From Phyllobates terribilis (taxonomy: Eukaryota), in assembly GCF_046119375.1 (NCBI RefSeq), contig NW_027367499.1, positions 1-57,584 of the forward strand: a DNA stretch of 57,584 bases, read 5' to 3'. Of this stretch, positions 1-23,119 are shown in pieces (positions within the stretch are counted from its first letter, which is position 1; each line of letters opens with the position of its first letter). Below the pieces are notes generated by a model, which did not search any database, was not told the origin of the DNA, and worked only from the letters and a program-made list of their open reading frames with translations. Position numbers and translations under genes: made by a program.

Positions 1-360
1 ACAAAAACCCTAAAACAATTAAATCCACTACTGTGCACTTCAGACTGGCCCCCCTCCCTTGTTTTTTAGGTCAAAAACGTCCAAATTTGGGGGAAGAAAA
101 AAGCCTACGACTACTTTTTTATTTTCTTTTTTGTAATTTATATATCAGAATTTGTGCTGGAACTGTTGTTTGAAAATCCATCGTAAGCGGTGACGCCAGA
201 AAATCTTGTACCTCGCTATGACCCAACAACTCTATAAATGCTATTTTATCATTCGAATTTATGCTAATTTCATTCTCTTCATGCTCCTCTCTCACTCAGC
301 TTTCAATCTACGAAAAGTTGTTCTTCAATCTCTTCCTTTCTGCCGGCTCATCACTGCTGT

Positions 361-423
361 ATGAAAAGTTTCGCACCGCTGCATTTAATGTTTTACCCGC
401 GACGTGGTTTGTGTAAAAGCTGA
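361..423 (+). other. Putative 20-aa upstream ORF (MKSFAPLHLMFYPRRGLCKS*) in the 5' leader of the ABCC gene
   Basis: ATG at 361 and TGA at 421-423, after a CT-rich leader-like tract (~270-345) and before a likely 5'-UTR intron donor (tg|gtgagt, ~456). The TSS is inferred, not shown. Confidence 0.3.
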
Positions 424-975
424 TTCAACTTTAGGACTCGCCTGGGTTTTGATTGGTGAGTTTCACTTGCTTAATTGGTTTCATCATGTTTTTCTTGGAA
501 GCGATCAAGCGAAGATTACTCTATTTTCTGTATTTATATTTTCTGGCTAATCAAATGGGAACAATGGAACTTTTGTGTCACTGGTGAAGTTGTATCTTCC
601 GTAGCGAAAATGGAAATTAGGACTAAGTCATTATCCGTGTTAATCTAAGTCAACCTTCCTTTAATTTCCGCAACTAGAAAATTGCATTACGACAATCTCC
701 GTGTAATTTGTGTGTGGTTTTTAGCTTCATTTCGTGTGTGTTTCATATCCCTATAACAAATGCTTGCAGGTTCTCTAACTCTCCATCTATAAGAAATCAA
801 CCAGGTTAATCATACTCCATAGTATCTAAATGTAATGGACCTGCGGTGATTATTGATGATGCTGTTTTTGGCCTTGATATCCCTTGTGCTAATATAAACA
901 CCTGATTCAATGTTGATGTGCAGTTGGTGAAGTATTATCCAGAGAAGATAAGGATTTGATTTGATCTGATCAGCG

Positions 976-11116
<10,141 letters not shown>

Positions 11117-12453
11117 AGATTAATCAACTTATTTTAGGCTTGTTACTGCTGATAACGGGATATTATATCACCGTATTAGGATGCTTAATCACGTTTGTGG
11201 AAGTATGATGTACTGATTATTCAGCGATGTTGATGATGAAGATTTTTTGTGCTTACCCTAACTTTTAGTGTCTTGTGTTCTACAAGATTTATTTATTGCC
11301 TTGTCAAATTCACACACCTTCTCAATTGCATGGTTTTGGATGTTCTTGTAGAGCACAACAAACCACAATATTGTCTTTCGTCAAGTATGATTTTTTTACA
11401 CGTGCAAATCCCAGATGAAGATAAGAATTACAACTACTCAAACGTTGTTTTAGTCTAAAACAAAGTAGATTGGACACAAAGAAAGGAATGAATTTTGGAA
11501 CTTCTGCTAGATTATCTCATGAAATATGGAAGTGTATTGTTCAATCCAATTGGAAAGTAGAGGAGCTAAATGTGTAACCTCTTTGGTCAAACAGTTGACT
11601 GATTTAACCCGACAATAAACTCACAATAAGCCTATCTATGATCCGTTCGTTTCGATTGAAATCGATGTTGAAGTTGTTGATTAATACTAATATTTTGGAT
11701 TTCAAACATGAGAGTGTGTCCGAAGTTTTTTCTATAGTGTTGATGAGTGATGATAGGTGTTGAAATATCCCTTCATTTCGACATCTCAAAATCGTGAGGA
11801 GGGTCACGGTTCCAATGTATTGATAGATTATTAAAAATATATTTTCTCTTTACCCTCATTTTCAACTTTTTTTTCAATTTTTACCTTAATCACTGCTTGG
11901 TACCTGATTTTATGGATTTTTATTGTTCACATCCTTCAATTTAGGTGTACAGTGTCTCATATTCATTTCCTACTTCTCGTTTTCCTTCTCACTCATTCTC
12001 TATCTCACATCCTTTCTAATTTGGGTGTTTACTCTTCAATGTGGATTACTTTCTCCATTGTTATATCATCCTCTGTGTTCTTTTTCACATATGACCTTTG
12101 ATTAACTGCTCTAAAAAGAAGGGAAAAAAACAAATCAATTACCAGTTCAAACATTTGAATCAGAGGGCAATGTATAAAAAAATTGATCCTCCATCATCAA
12201 AGAACCGTTTACCCTAAACCGCAAAGAATCCTTTTATTTATAAGAATTTGCAGAGATATGCAATTCTTTTATTCAAATGAACCCATTTGATTTGAGCTTT
12301 CTGCCTTGATCCGTTCTTTGATTGTTGTTGATGGAAGAGAGAGTGTCATCTGCAAAGGAGAAGTTGGGGGTTGAAGACGAGGTTTTTTGGTGAATTGAGT
12401 AGTGACTACTGTTTTTTCTGGTACTGGTGATAATGCTTGTTTGCCCGATCGTT

Positions 12454-13712
12454 TGATAGGTAGACAAACACGACTATGCAAAACAGAGTTCTATAAACTC
12501 TAAAACATATTCAACTAAACAACCCAAGAGTAGTCTAGCGGAAGTACCGGTCAAATCCACAAGAGGTATAAGTACTTGATAATTATAATCAATGTCAATC
12601 CCACGGTAACCAATTACCAGAATGCGAGCCTTGTCAGGACAAACACTCAAGTGACACAATATAGCAAAGGGACCACAATCAATCAACAAATAAAGGAATA
12701 AAGGGAAACGAAGGTAAAAGGGAAAGAACAAAGTAATGCAAAAAATCAATAGACCAAGCGCTTAACCAGATTAATCCGTTTCCAACAGACAAGTTGATCA
12801 TAGAATTCATCCAATACCAAATATTGAAATCGAGTTCCTACTCCTATACGAAATTAACTAGCATATCTGACCGAGAGTTTACTAGTCTTGTCCTAATCAG
12901 TTAACCAAGAACGACCGCTAATGGTTCAAACCAAAGGAGGCATAAAATGCGAAGAGCACGGGGATACAAAAAATAGATAGCGCTGCTATCCTATATTTCA
13001 ATTCTCTAAACTCATAGTCTTAACTCAACCTGAATCAGGCAGAATGCTTGCTTCAAAGAAATAGATTACGACGACCGCCAATAATCTACCATAGTCCTAT
13101 GAATAACTAATCCAATCCTAGGTGATCAATATAGAATCCAATTAATAATTCAATCAACAATTCAGATCAAGATGAAAAGAACACATCGATAATATAACAT
13201 GTAAGGAATAGAAAATCTCACAACATAATCAAAATTGGAAACTTCATAATTTGTCTAAGCTTGAAAGTTTATCCATATTCATCTTGCACAACAATAAAGA
13301 AATCTCCAAATTCTCCCGAAGGGAGAAAGGCAAAGGGAAAAAGAGAGAGAAGTGAGAAGAAACCTTAATAATATTCTCATAGACACTAACCCTAATAACA
13401 CAACTAGAGCAAAATACTAAAGTCTTCCGGACCCAAACTTGCAAAGTAAACACCGGTCTAACAAGGAAGAGATCACCAACCACAAAGAAATTCTCAGCCG
13501 AACTAACAAGCAAATCGGCAGGTGCCGCCGAGGCAATTCAGCATCTGCGACGTTGTAGAAAAAACACAATAACTTTGACTCTGAATTTCGATTACGCTAA
13601 TCTTTTCAGGGTAGAAACTAGACTTCAAGAGCTAACTACTCAACTTAGAATCACTTTTTTAGACATCGAAGCTGAGACAAATAGTCATTTTAATCCAATA
13701 CAGTGTTACACA
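12454..13712 (-). mobile_element. Degenerate LTR-retrotransposon LTR remnant (Athila/Ty3-like); boundaries approximate
   Basis: On the minus strand it resembles Athila LTR 3' regions (gtggatttgaccggtacttccgctagactactc...cctatca). No TSD and no coding domain found. This rests on pattern recall only. Confidence 0.35.
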
Positions 13713-14394
13713 ACTCGCATGACTCAGTCTTCTACTCTTCGTCTTCGTCCTTCGGTCTTGATCTTCTCTTTAGCTCTTCTAAGTCTTCAAAGCTTGAAAG
13801 TCTTCTAACCTTCTTAATCACGTGATATTGCACATTCCATATAGAACCATCAATGTATCTACATATGCACTAATATAATTATATATACCAAAATACCGTC
13901 TAATTCTTGTGCCATAGACGCGTCGTAGACGTGTCTATCACTGAGTACTCTTTTTTTAAAATGAAGTGGGTACTTATTCTTCATCAATCAAGAGGAAGAC
14001 AATAGATTGGGCCTTAAAAATATTAATTATAGAAATGGTACTGGGTTTTAAAAAAATTGGACGGTAAGTACAATTGGCAAAAATTAGTTAAAGAAATTGT
14101 AGCCTCAAAGAATAAAATTAATGAAAAGGTTAATTAAAAAAGAGTTAACATCATAAAAATAAGAAGGTATTAAGGTGATTTAACAAATTTCATTTTACAA
14201 TTTGACACCCTACACCAAACATTGTTTTTTTTTCAAAAACAATACTGTTATTTAACATTCAGCAACTACTTTCAACATTAATTTTAATTTTAATACAAAT
14301 TAACAAAACGGACCCCTAATATAATTTGATATGTTTTGACCCGAAATGGTCCGAGCCCCAATTACTGTATACTATTACAAATTAAAATAAGGTA

Positions 14395-14647
14395 CTCCCT
14401 CCGTTCCCTTATAAAAGTACTATTTTAAAAAGTAAGATTATTTATAATTTATGATTCTTGTCTTGATTACTTTCAATGTATTAAGAATAATATAGTCATG
14501 TGTGGTCTAATTTTATTCTGTCTTAATAAAAACTTTAACAATATTAAAATTTTATAATTTTTAAAGTTATATTATTAGAGATATTAACGAAATAAAACGA
14601 CGAAGGTGTAAAATTAAAATGAGATTGCTATCTAAGGACGGACGGAG
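14395..14647. mobile_element. Stowaway MITE
   Basis: TA-CTCCCTCCGTTCC at the left end and GGACGGACGGAG-TA at the right; TA TSD; AT-rich interior. Confidence 0.85.
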
Positions 14648-15804
14648 TAATATAGTGGAGTAACACTGATAGCAGGTAATACTTTGGATTCTGGAGTGCA
14701 TAGCGTATGGAATAGAGTATTGAAAACAGCAGCGTTTTGGTTACGATGAACAAAACTAATGAGTAAATGCAGAGTCGTGTAACGGTAATTCCCAGGAAGG
14801 AGACATGAGTATACTTGAAGGCAATGACCCCACATGCCTAATTATGACTTTGACAGGCTTTTTTCTCCTAAATTAATTTCCTTTTTATGTTCTTGCTAAT
14901 TCCCTTTTCAGAGCTCTTACCATCATTCATCAATACGCATGTCTTCGGGTTTATACCACCACCAGGCCCCCTCCGGTATTCATCTCCTTTCTTTTTCCCA
15001 CTCCGACATCACAATATTCATTTCTTAATGGTATACGGAGTATAAAACTATACTAATTGTGCATTGTGAGCCCAAAATGGCGTACTTTAATGGTGGGGAT
15101 TTTAAGTAATGATGAGGTTTTGGTCCCTCTCCCATGTGCCTATATGAGGTGGATTTTTGGAATCTTCTGTCATCGTTCTTAAGAGGGCAAATCGTAATAG
15201 TAAGTTTTTTTGGGTCTGTGTGTTGCTTGGCGCACTGCAATGCAACAAACAAGTTCAACTGCTGTGTTGTTTCGGGGTGTTTTTTAGTGTTAATTTTTTG
15301 TTCTCATTCAGTTTTTTCAAAGGGAATATTTCTGGGAGAGTTGACCTAATTTCTCCAGCTCCAATTTCTTCTTTCTTCTCGGGCTTGCTGCTTTCTTTTC
15401 TATTTCCCGGGGTTAGGTTTATAGTTGCTTGTTGGAGTTGGTTTCTGGTGAAACCTTTGAAAAGGACTGAATTGTTTCATCTTCTTCCTCGCTGTAGACT
15501 TTTCTCTAGTATAAAGCTCCTATATTGTGAGATTGGAAACAGTTTTTGGGGTGAATCTAGTGCTTCTTTGAGATGGTTTTCAGTTGAGCATTGCAAGAAG
15601 GTATCGCATTCGATGGGTAATCCATGCTTCTGAGGAGTTGGATTTGGTCAATTTGGGTATTCTCTTGAGTGTGATTGTAGTCTGAGCTCAATTTCAGTTG
15701 AGCGAGGTGACTGTTGCTTGTAATTAGGGTTTGAAAGGGGCTACTCCCAGTTTTCTGTGTCTGGTACAATTCTGCTGCCTCCATTGTTGAAATTGTGTTG
15801 AGAT

Positions 15805-18675
15805 ATGGCTTGCATGAAGTTGGGATCCAAATCAGATGCCTTTCAGAGAAAAGGGCAAGCTTGGTATGTTGCTATCTTAAATCTTATCTTTAACCCTTTT
15901 CTGGCTGTCTGCTGTTTCCCTCTATTTTCATTTCTCTTTCATATTTACTTGTGTGATCTCAAAAGGTCAAGAAATGTAGATATATACTTGGTTGAACAGA
16001 TTCCCTAGGATTTTATTTTGTTGCATATAAGGTTCCCTGCCTTAATCTGAGAATTTGTACATGCTCAGAGTTCTTAAGATTTTGCATCTATAGTAACAGG
16101 ATGTTAGCAAGACTTCGTTGCATTAACATAACTGCATTTGGAGAGTATATATGTTTGAATCTATCTGTACCTTGTTTTTTCAGGTTCTGTGCAACTGGCC
16201 TTCCAAGTGACATTGTTGTCGAGGTTGGAGAGATGTCCTTTCACCTCCACAAGGTAACTGTTTTTCTATATATCGTTTTTACACTTCTTCATTTGTATGA
16301 TACAAATTCACTCTTTTTATTAGAGGTAGAATTTGAATCAGATACTCTCTAGATGATTGCTTTAACTGAGTCAATAATGCTCTGTTTTACTTGCACATGA
16401 CAAACTTTGAACACCGTTTCATTCCTTGCAGTTCCCTCTGCTATCACGAAGTGGTGTAATGGAGAGACTAATCGCCGAAGCATCAGAAAACGACGAAGAC
16501 GACGGCTGTACAATAAGAATTGTCGATCTCCCAGGAGGCGCCAAAGCATTCGAACTCGTTGCAAAATTCTGCTACGGCGTGAAGCTCGAACTGACATCTT
16601 CCAACGTCGTCCATCTACGTTGCGCCGCCGAGCACCTCGAAATGACTGAGGACTACGGCGAAGGGAATCTTATCACGCAAGCCGAAATGTTTCTGAATCA
16701 AATCGTTCTTAGAAGCTGGAAAGATTCCATTAGAGCCCTCCAAACCTGTGATGAGATTCTACCTTATGCTGACGACCTCGAAATCACAAAGAGATGTATT
16801 GAATCAATGGCGGCTAAAGCCAGCACTGACCCGAATCTGTTTGGTTGGCCCGTTATGGAGCGCATGCAAAGCCCCGGCGGTAGTGTGTTGTGGAATGGTA
16901 TAAGTACCGGCGCTAAACCAAAAACACCACTTCGGACTGGTGGTATGATGACGCCTCCAATTTGAGTTTACATTTGTACCAAAGGTTGATATCGGCCATG
17001 GAATCTTCCGGGATCCGACCCGAAATAATATCCGGGTCGGTTTCTTTTTACGCGAAAAAGTATATTCCGGGGCTTAACCGGAGGCACGATGGCGGCGATT
17101 CCACTAGAATGGCGTCATCATCCTCGGGCAATATACCTAGCGAAGAAGAACAAAAACATTTGATTGAAGTTATTGACAAGCTAATACCGATTCAAAAGGG
17201 TCTTGTGTCAACTAAGTTTCTTTTCGGTCTTCTGAAAACATCAATGATTCTTCACGTGGGGCCGAGTTGTATAGCGAATCTTGAAAGGAGGATAGGGATG
17301 CAACTTGATGAAGCTTCATTGGATGATCTTTTGATGCCTAATTTCACGTATTCGATGGAGACTTTGTACAATGTGGAGTGTGTGCAGAGGATTCTTGAGC
17401 ACTTCTTGGCGATGGATCAGGCGACAGGTGGCGCTTCCCCGAGCTCGATTGATGATGCTCAGCTTATGGGGTCGCCTTCTTTGATGCCAATTACGATGGT
17501 TGCGAAGCTGATTGATGGGTATTTGGCTGAGGTGGCTCCTGATGTTAATTTGAAACTTCCCAAGTTTCAGGCCGTTGCTGAGGCTGTCCCTGAATATGCC
17601 AGGCCGTTGGATGACGGTCTTTACCGTGCAATTGACATTTATCTAAAGGTACTAATGCTTTCATTTCACACTATAAATAAAGAACATTTGCATAGACAGT
17701 ATCAGTTTGTAGGTAACTTGTAATAACATACTCCCTATGTTTCATAATATAATTTGTTTCAAACAAACACCTCTTAATTCACAAATAAATCATGACTTTT
17801 AATCCACTTATTTCCTCTTTTAACTTAATTATCAATTGATTATAAGTTACCAAGTTTTTTAGGAACCAAAAAGGGGTAATTTAGTCTTATTTTTACAACC
17901 TTGATTTTTTATTAGATGGCACTTATTCTTACATGGAGGGAGCATTGTCCATCTAGCCTTCTAGCTTGCGTTCAAGTTACATTGTCCATTTCGACATTTT
18001 AGACAAATATAGACAAGAATACCCTTTTTTTATTTTCTCGCATTGTGCATGTAATTCTGTTGAAGTGGCATTTTAGTCCAAAATATTATTTATTAATGTT
18101 GTTGACTGAATTGGGTGCAGTCTCATCCATGGTTAACCGAAACAGAGAGAGAACAGCTGTGCAGACTAATGGATTGCCAGAAGCTATCATTAGAGGCATG
18201 CACACACGCTGCACAGAACGAGAGATTGCCACTACGAGTGATAGTCCAAGTCCTCTTCTTCGAGCAGCTTCAGCTCAGAAACTCCATTGCCGGCTGTTTT
18301 CTGGTCTCCGAGAATCTGGAGGGCGGCGGTGGTGGGTCCAGGCAGCTAAGGAGCGGCCCCACCGAGGGAGGAGGAGGAGGAGGGTGGGCCACAGCTGTTA
18401 GGGAGAATCAAGTACTGAAAGTGGGAATGGACAACATGAGGTTGAGGGTCTCAGAGCTGGAGAAGGAATGCTGCAATATGAAGCAAGAGATAGAGAAGCT
18501 GGGGAAGGGGAAGGGAGGATCGCATAGTAATTCGGTGTGGGGAAATGTGTCTAAGAAGTTTGGGAATAAGTTGAAGTCGCAGATGTGCAGCGCCCAAGAA
18601 GGTTCCGTCAGTAACCAGAACAAGAGTGTTGCTGGGAGGGCTCAAAGGGAGAAGAAGATCAAGAAGAAGGTATGA
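15805..18675 (+). CDS. BTB/POZ-NPH3 (NRL family) protein, At1g30440-like; exons 15805-15863, 16184-16253, 16432-17648, 18121-18675
   Basis: Contains MACMKLGSKSDAFQRKGQAW|FCATGLPSDIVVEVGEMSFHLHK|FPLLSRSG, then LLMPNF, DDGLYRAIDIYLK|SHPWL and KLSLEACTHAAQNERLPLR. One 1-bp loss in an A-run near 16920 restores ...KNTTSDWWYDD. Confidence 0.93.
17731..17942. mobile_element. Stowaway MITE in intron 3 of the NRL gene
   Basis: TA-CTCCCTATGTTTC at the left end and CATGGAGGGAG at the right; the right TSD reads CA instead of TA. Confidence 0.7.
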
Positions 18676-19379
18676 GAGGACTTCAGCTATGTGATTTGAT
18701 TCATTCATTTGTGGGTTGTCTCTGTCAGTGGGTTTTGTGTATCTTTCTTCTGTAACTGTGGTTTTAAAGACAATAGCCACTTTGACATTGCTTGTTAACC
18801 TTTTTTTAGTCATTTGCTAGATGTAAAATGAAAATGTTGCTGACACTGAAAAAGGTGCTTTGTCCAGTTATCATAAAATACTATGCTCTAGTGGAATGTT
18901 TTGCATTACTGGAAACTATTTACAAGATTCCAGCAATCTAATGCCAACCATATCAATGTAGTTTTATGCTAACGATGAAATGTGATACTCTATCCTGTTC
19001 ATAATATCAATGTTTCGAAATTGGAAAGGAGGGATTTAAAGGAATTAAATCAGGTGAGAACGCTCTAGTAAATGAGAATGGACAACAAATTCCCATAGTT
19101 CATCTTCCCGGATCCAACGTTCTCATGCACATGAAAAGAAAAAAAGTCACTACCTGCTCTCATGCGCTCTCCTGCCCAACTGAACCTCACACTTGTCAAT
19201 TAAAAGCACGAAAAATTGGAGCCAAACTGTCACATCCAAATCAATTCACCTACTATCTGTTTCAAAACAGAGACATGAAACGCAAAGCTAAAAAATGCAA
19301 AGGCAAAATAGAAGCCGAATCTTAGGTTTTTAAACTTCATCAAGTCGAATTCAAGTAATAGATAGTAGTTGAATATGGT

Positions 19380-20190
19380 TAAAAGAGGAAAAGGTATGCA
19401 TAGAAGCTTTTCTCTTCGGTTTTAAAGGATAATCAAATCTAGATTTTCAGTTCTTCCATTTCCGCTTCGATTTTAAGCTTTAGATGAAGTTACATGCCCT
19501 AATTTGAAGACTTCTATGAATTTCCATGTTGTATTTGGAATTTTGATATTTGCGCTTCCATTTTGGAAGACTTTGCTGAAGTGCGGGAGAGAAAGAGAAC
19601 AAAAGAGTAAGAAGCGTAATGATCAATATGAAAACAAATCCTAGAAATAAAGTATGTGAAAGCCGAGCCCGAAACTAACAAAGCTAATTAATTATTGTGT
19701 AGAAAATGTGATGCTTAGGGGGGAGAAAAAACTCTCCCTTTAAATAAGAAAACAAAATCCTAGAAATAAAGTATGTGAAAGCCCAACCCGAAACTATACA
19801 AAATCTAGGTAAAGAGCCCAATTAATCCCACGAAACTAGGGCTTCTCGCGGCGCAGGATTTAGCAAAGGCGGGGGCGCGTCTCTGTCAGCGCGGTCGCGC
19901 CGCCCACTAGTGACTAGGGCGCAGGCGCGTCTTGTGTGGTGCGGTCACGCCCCTGAGCGATTGGCCTTTCTTGGTCGCGTGTCCTAGGACGCGGTCGCGT
20001 CCAGGGCAATTTGCCCCTTTTGCTTCTCTTCTTGTCCCGTGCTTGCTCCTCGCCTTCCGTGTCTTCTCCCTTGTGCACGTAATCCTCGTATTTAGCCACT
20101 TGACTCCACTAAGTCAGGATTACGGCAATATGCTCCATTTGTGGCCTATTTTGCCTGTAGTTGATGCTAATTTCCACTCTTTATGATGTA
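19380..20190 (-). mobile_element. Probable Ty3/Athila-like LTR fragment; boundaries approximate
   Basis: GC-rich core with repeated cgcggtcgcg. A duplicated ~45-bp block (aaatcctagaaataaagtatgtgaaagcc, ~19636 and ~19756). LTR-like composition, but no termini or TSD identified. Confidence 0.35.
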
Positions 20191-20339
20191 CAAGATGCCG
20201 CCAATCAGTTGTCAATAACTTCTTTTCATCCATATCAAAACTCTGTTTATATAGATCCATTAATTTGAAAGTTCGGCTTCAACATCGATTTCTTTGTCCA
20301 TCGAGATTGTACATATTTATCAGGCAATGTATGCACATC

Positions 20340-22260
20340 AAAACTTCTAAGAAGCAAAAACATGTGGCTGCATGGAAGACTGATTCAAGTAAACTTATTG
20401 AAAGAGCAGATTATTTCTTCATCTTTTTTAGATGCTACACAAAATAAGTTTTCCAATCAATACCTCGAATGTGATAGATATGGAGATCCCCTTCTTTCAC
20501 CAAGTCAGAGACTACATGGAGTAGAGAGGAGCAGATTTCATCTTGCAAGTCATAAAACAGAAATAGTGAAGACTGATGTACAATACTTCTCTATTAAAAA
20601 TGGACTTTCGAAAGAGAGTTGATAAGTTGAAGATTCATAAACAAGTTTCAGTTTGTTGTGCTTTTGTGAGTCGATTGCATTCTCAAATTGCATCATAAAC
20701 ACAACAAGGCAAGATGTTAATCATATGAATTTAGTGAAAACGTTGTCTAGGCTCTCTAAACTCGACGTTGTCCTAAGAAACCCACCCATATGAGTGTCTT
20801 TAAAAAAATTAAGAATCCATAAATGACGAAGATCAAACATTATTTACATCTAGTTGTTTGAATGGAGTTCAAAATAAGATATAATACAACTGCATGAATG
20901 CTCAAAATCATCTTGTGTGATATCAGGACTCCAAAATTATTGCATTGAATATCTACCTAAACTCATCAATTTTAGATGAATGTAGCTTCACTTTAATCGG
21001 GATCTTGAACATAATGTGCCACATGCAAAAACAGTGGACAACAGATAAGAAAACAGTTTCAACAACAGCCTTAACTCCATCATCTTGATCAGTTAAGAGC
21101 ACATATGGTTCATGACCCATTACCTTACTAAAGTTGTTAAACAACCTAATATAAGAAGCAATATCATCATGCAATAATAAACCAAACTCTTGTTATTATC
21201 AATCCCAGTAAAAGGTACAAAGACCATATCATACCTACAAAAAATACGAATAATCATTAATAAAAAGTACTAATATGCATAAGTGTGCATTGTGTCATAT
21301 TATAGTATGCATCGAAGAAAGCACAAGAGTGCATAATATAGTTGATCAGATGCATAATATAATAAGCATATGTGCAACAACTGTGTATACTATAATACCA
21401 CTTGAAATAAATGTGCATGACATAACTCAAGTATTTAGTTTTATATAACTAAGTATGTATTGTAGGAAGGAACTTACATGTTGGTGTTATAGGTTGCATC
21501 AACTAAACAACATCACCAAAGAAGGAATAGTTTTTTAAAAGCAATTGGATCACACCTGAAAAAACAAGTAATCTGATTCTCATCATTGATATCATACTCA
21601 AAGTAGAATGGATCACAAATTTCCTTTTTTGTGCCTCAAGTTGTCAATCATCATTTGACTATCATAGCCACTCATGTGTAATTTCATTTCCCTTTTGAAG
21701 TTTTTGAAATCAAGTGATGAAGCCCCAACATTAGAGTGAGCAAAATTCTTATACATCTTATAAGATGTCGAAGGACAAATGTTCGACTTCAAGCAATTAA
21801 GAATAAAGTCTTGATGAAAGGATGTCAGATTTCTATTGTATGTCATAAACTGGACATGTGGTTTGTCTAGCAACATATGATTGTGGCGCTCTTCAAATAT
21901 TTAACTCCATAACCAGATATTCCATCACGACTCAACCCCATTTTGGCAATGCAACCACATCTATACGATTTTTTCTTATGCTTAGTTGAACTATCAACAT
22001 CGAAAACATAACCAACGTCTTGTTGTCCTTTCTTGTTGCGTAATATATAGAGTCAAACAACAGTTTTTCTACCATCCTTGGATAATGTTTTTTTGTTCTT
22101 ACGTACATTAAATATAGCTTGCCCTGCATTATGGTAAAACAAGTAACCATCTTTAATTGTCCTAAACAATTGACCAATGAATGACTTCAAATCATTTTTC
22201 ATATTAGGAATGTATAATTTCGAATTTCCAGGAGAGATGACAATAGTTCAGTTCTCATCA
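20340..22260 (-). pseudogene. Degenerate FAR1/MULE-type transposase remnant
   Basis: Minus-strand fragments GCIAKMG (FAR1 DNA-binding-like), VGASSLDFKNFKR and VLLTDQDDGV...HCFCMWHI (MULE DDE core with CxxH). Many stops and frameshifts. Confidence 0.75.
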
Positions 22261-22910
22261 ACAACTTCTTTTGTTGCATAAAAGAATAATCTTATTATAC
22301 ATATGGTTAGGCACATTATAACAAATACTGTGCAGAATTCGAGACTACAGTGTGCATATTACAATGCATAAGTGTGCATTATAACATGTTCATGTTAAGA
22401 GTGCTAATAAAACTGCATAAGAGGGGTATCATAAGTGTGAAACATATACTCCGTAAGTGTGCATTACTATGGTTTGGATGCATATAGCACTAGTGGAGTG
22501 TGTATTATCAATTATTGTGGTGTGTTTAACAACAGTTTTAGAGATAAATGTGTTTCGTGAATGAATATAGTGAATCGCACTTTTCTACTAAGACAAAAAC
22601 ACAACAAATTAATGAAATGAAAACCTGCAACCGTTAGAAAAAATCCAAATAGAGGTGAGTTCATAGAAAAGCTAAATCGATGCATAGAACAAACAACAAC
22701 AACCCATTGAAATCAGCAATGCAACACAAGAGGAGAAGAGGAAGAGAAAAATAACGAATAAATTAGGTTGAAAACAAAGAAGATTTGCGAAGAAGGAGAG
22801 AAACACCAAGAAGAAGAAGAGATATGCGAAAAGGGGAAAAACGTGAAGAGATGAAAGATGAAGGAAAACTAGAAAGGAGATACATGCGCAGTGCATGAGG
22901 GGGAATGCGG

Positions 22911-23119
22911 TATTATTAAATAAATATTAGTCAAAGATATCTTTCCCTAGTCAAAGATATAGTTTCATTTATTAGATTAGTCAAAGATATCTTTTTCTAG
23001 TCAAAGATATCGTTTCCTTATTCTCAGGATTAGATTACGGTCAGTTATGGCAAATCCTTTGTATATATACATTTCATTCCTTCAACAATAATAATCAATC
23101 AAGTCTTAATTCTCTTATA
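22911..23119 (+). repeat. 5' LTR (209 bp) with TA...TA termini
   Basis: Direct repeat of 26602-26808 (~92% identical by hand count). Contains an internal duplicated tagtcaaagatatc block. Confidence 0.9.

Noticed and set aside
11571-13712. tgtgtaac...gttacaca as termini of one element
   Set aside because: Only an 8-bp inverted match, with no TSD.
15157-15633. 158-aa ORF upstream of the NRL gene
   Set aside because: Phe/Leu/Ser-rich translation of T-rich leader or intron sequence, with no domain.
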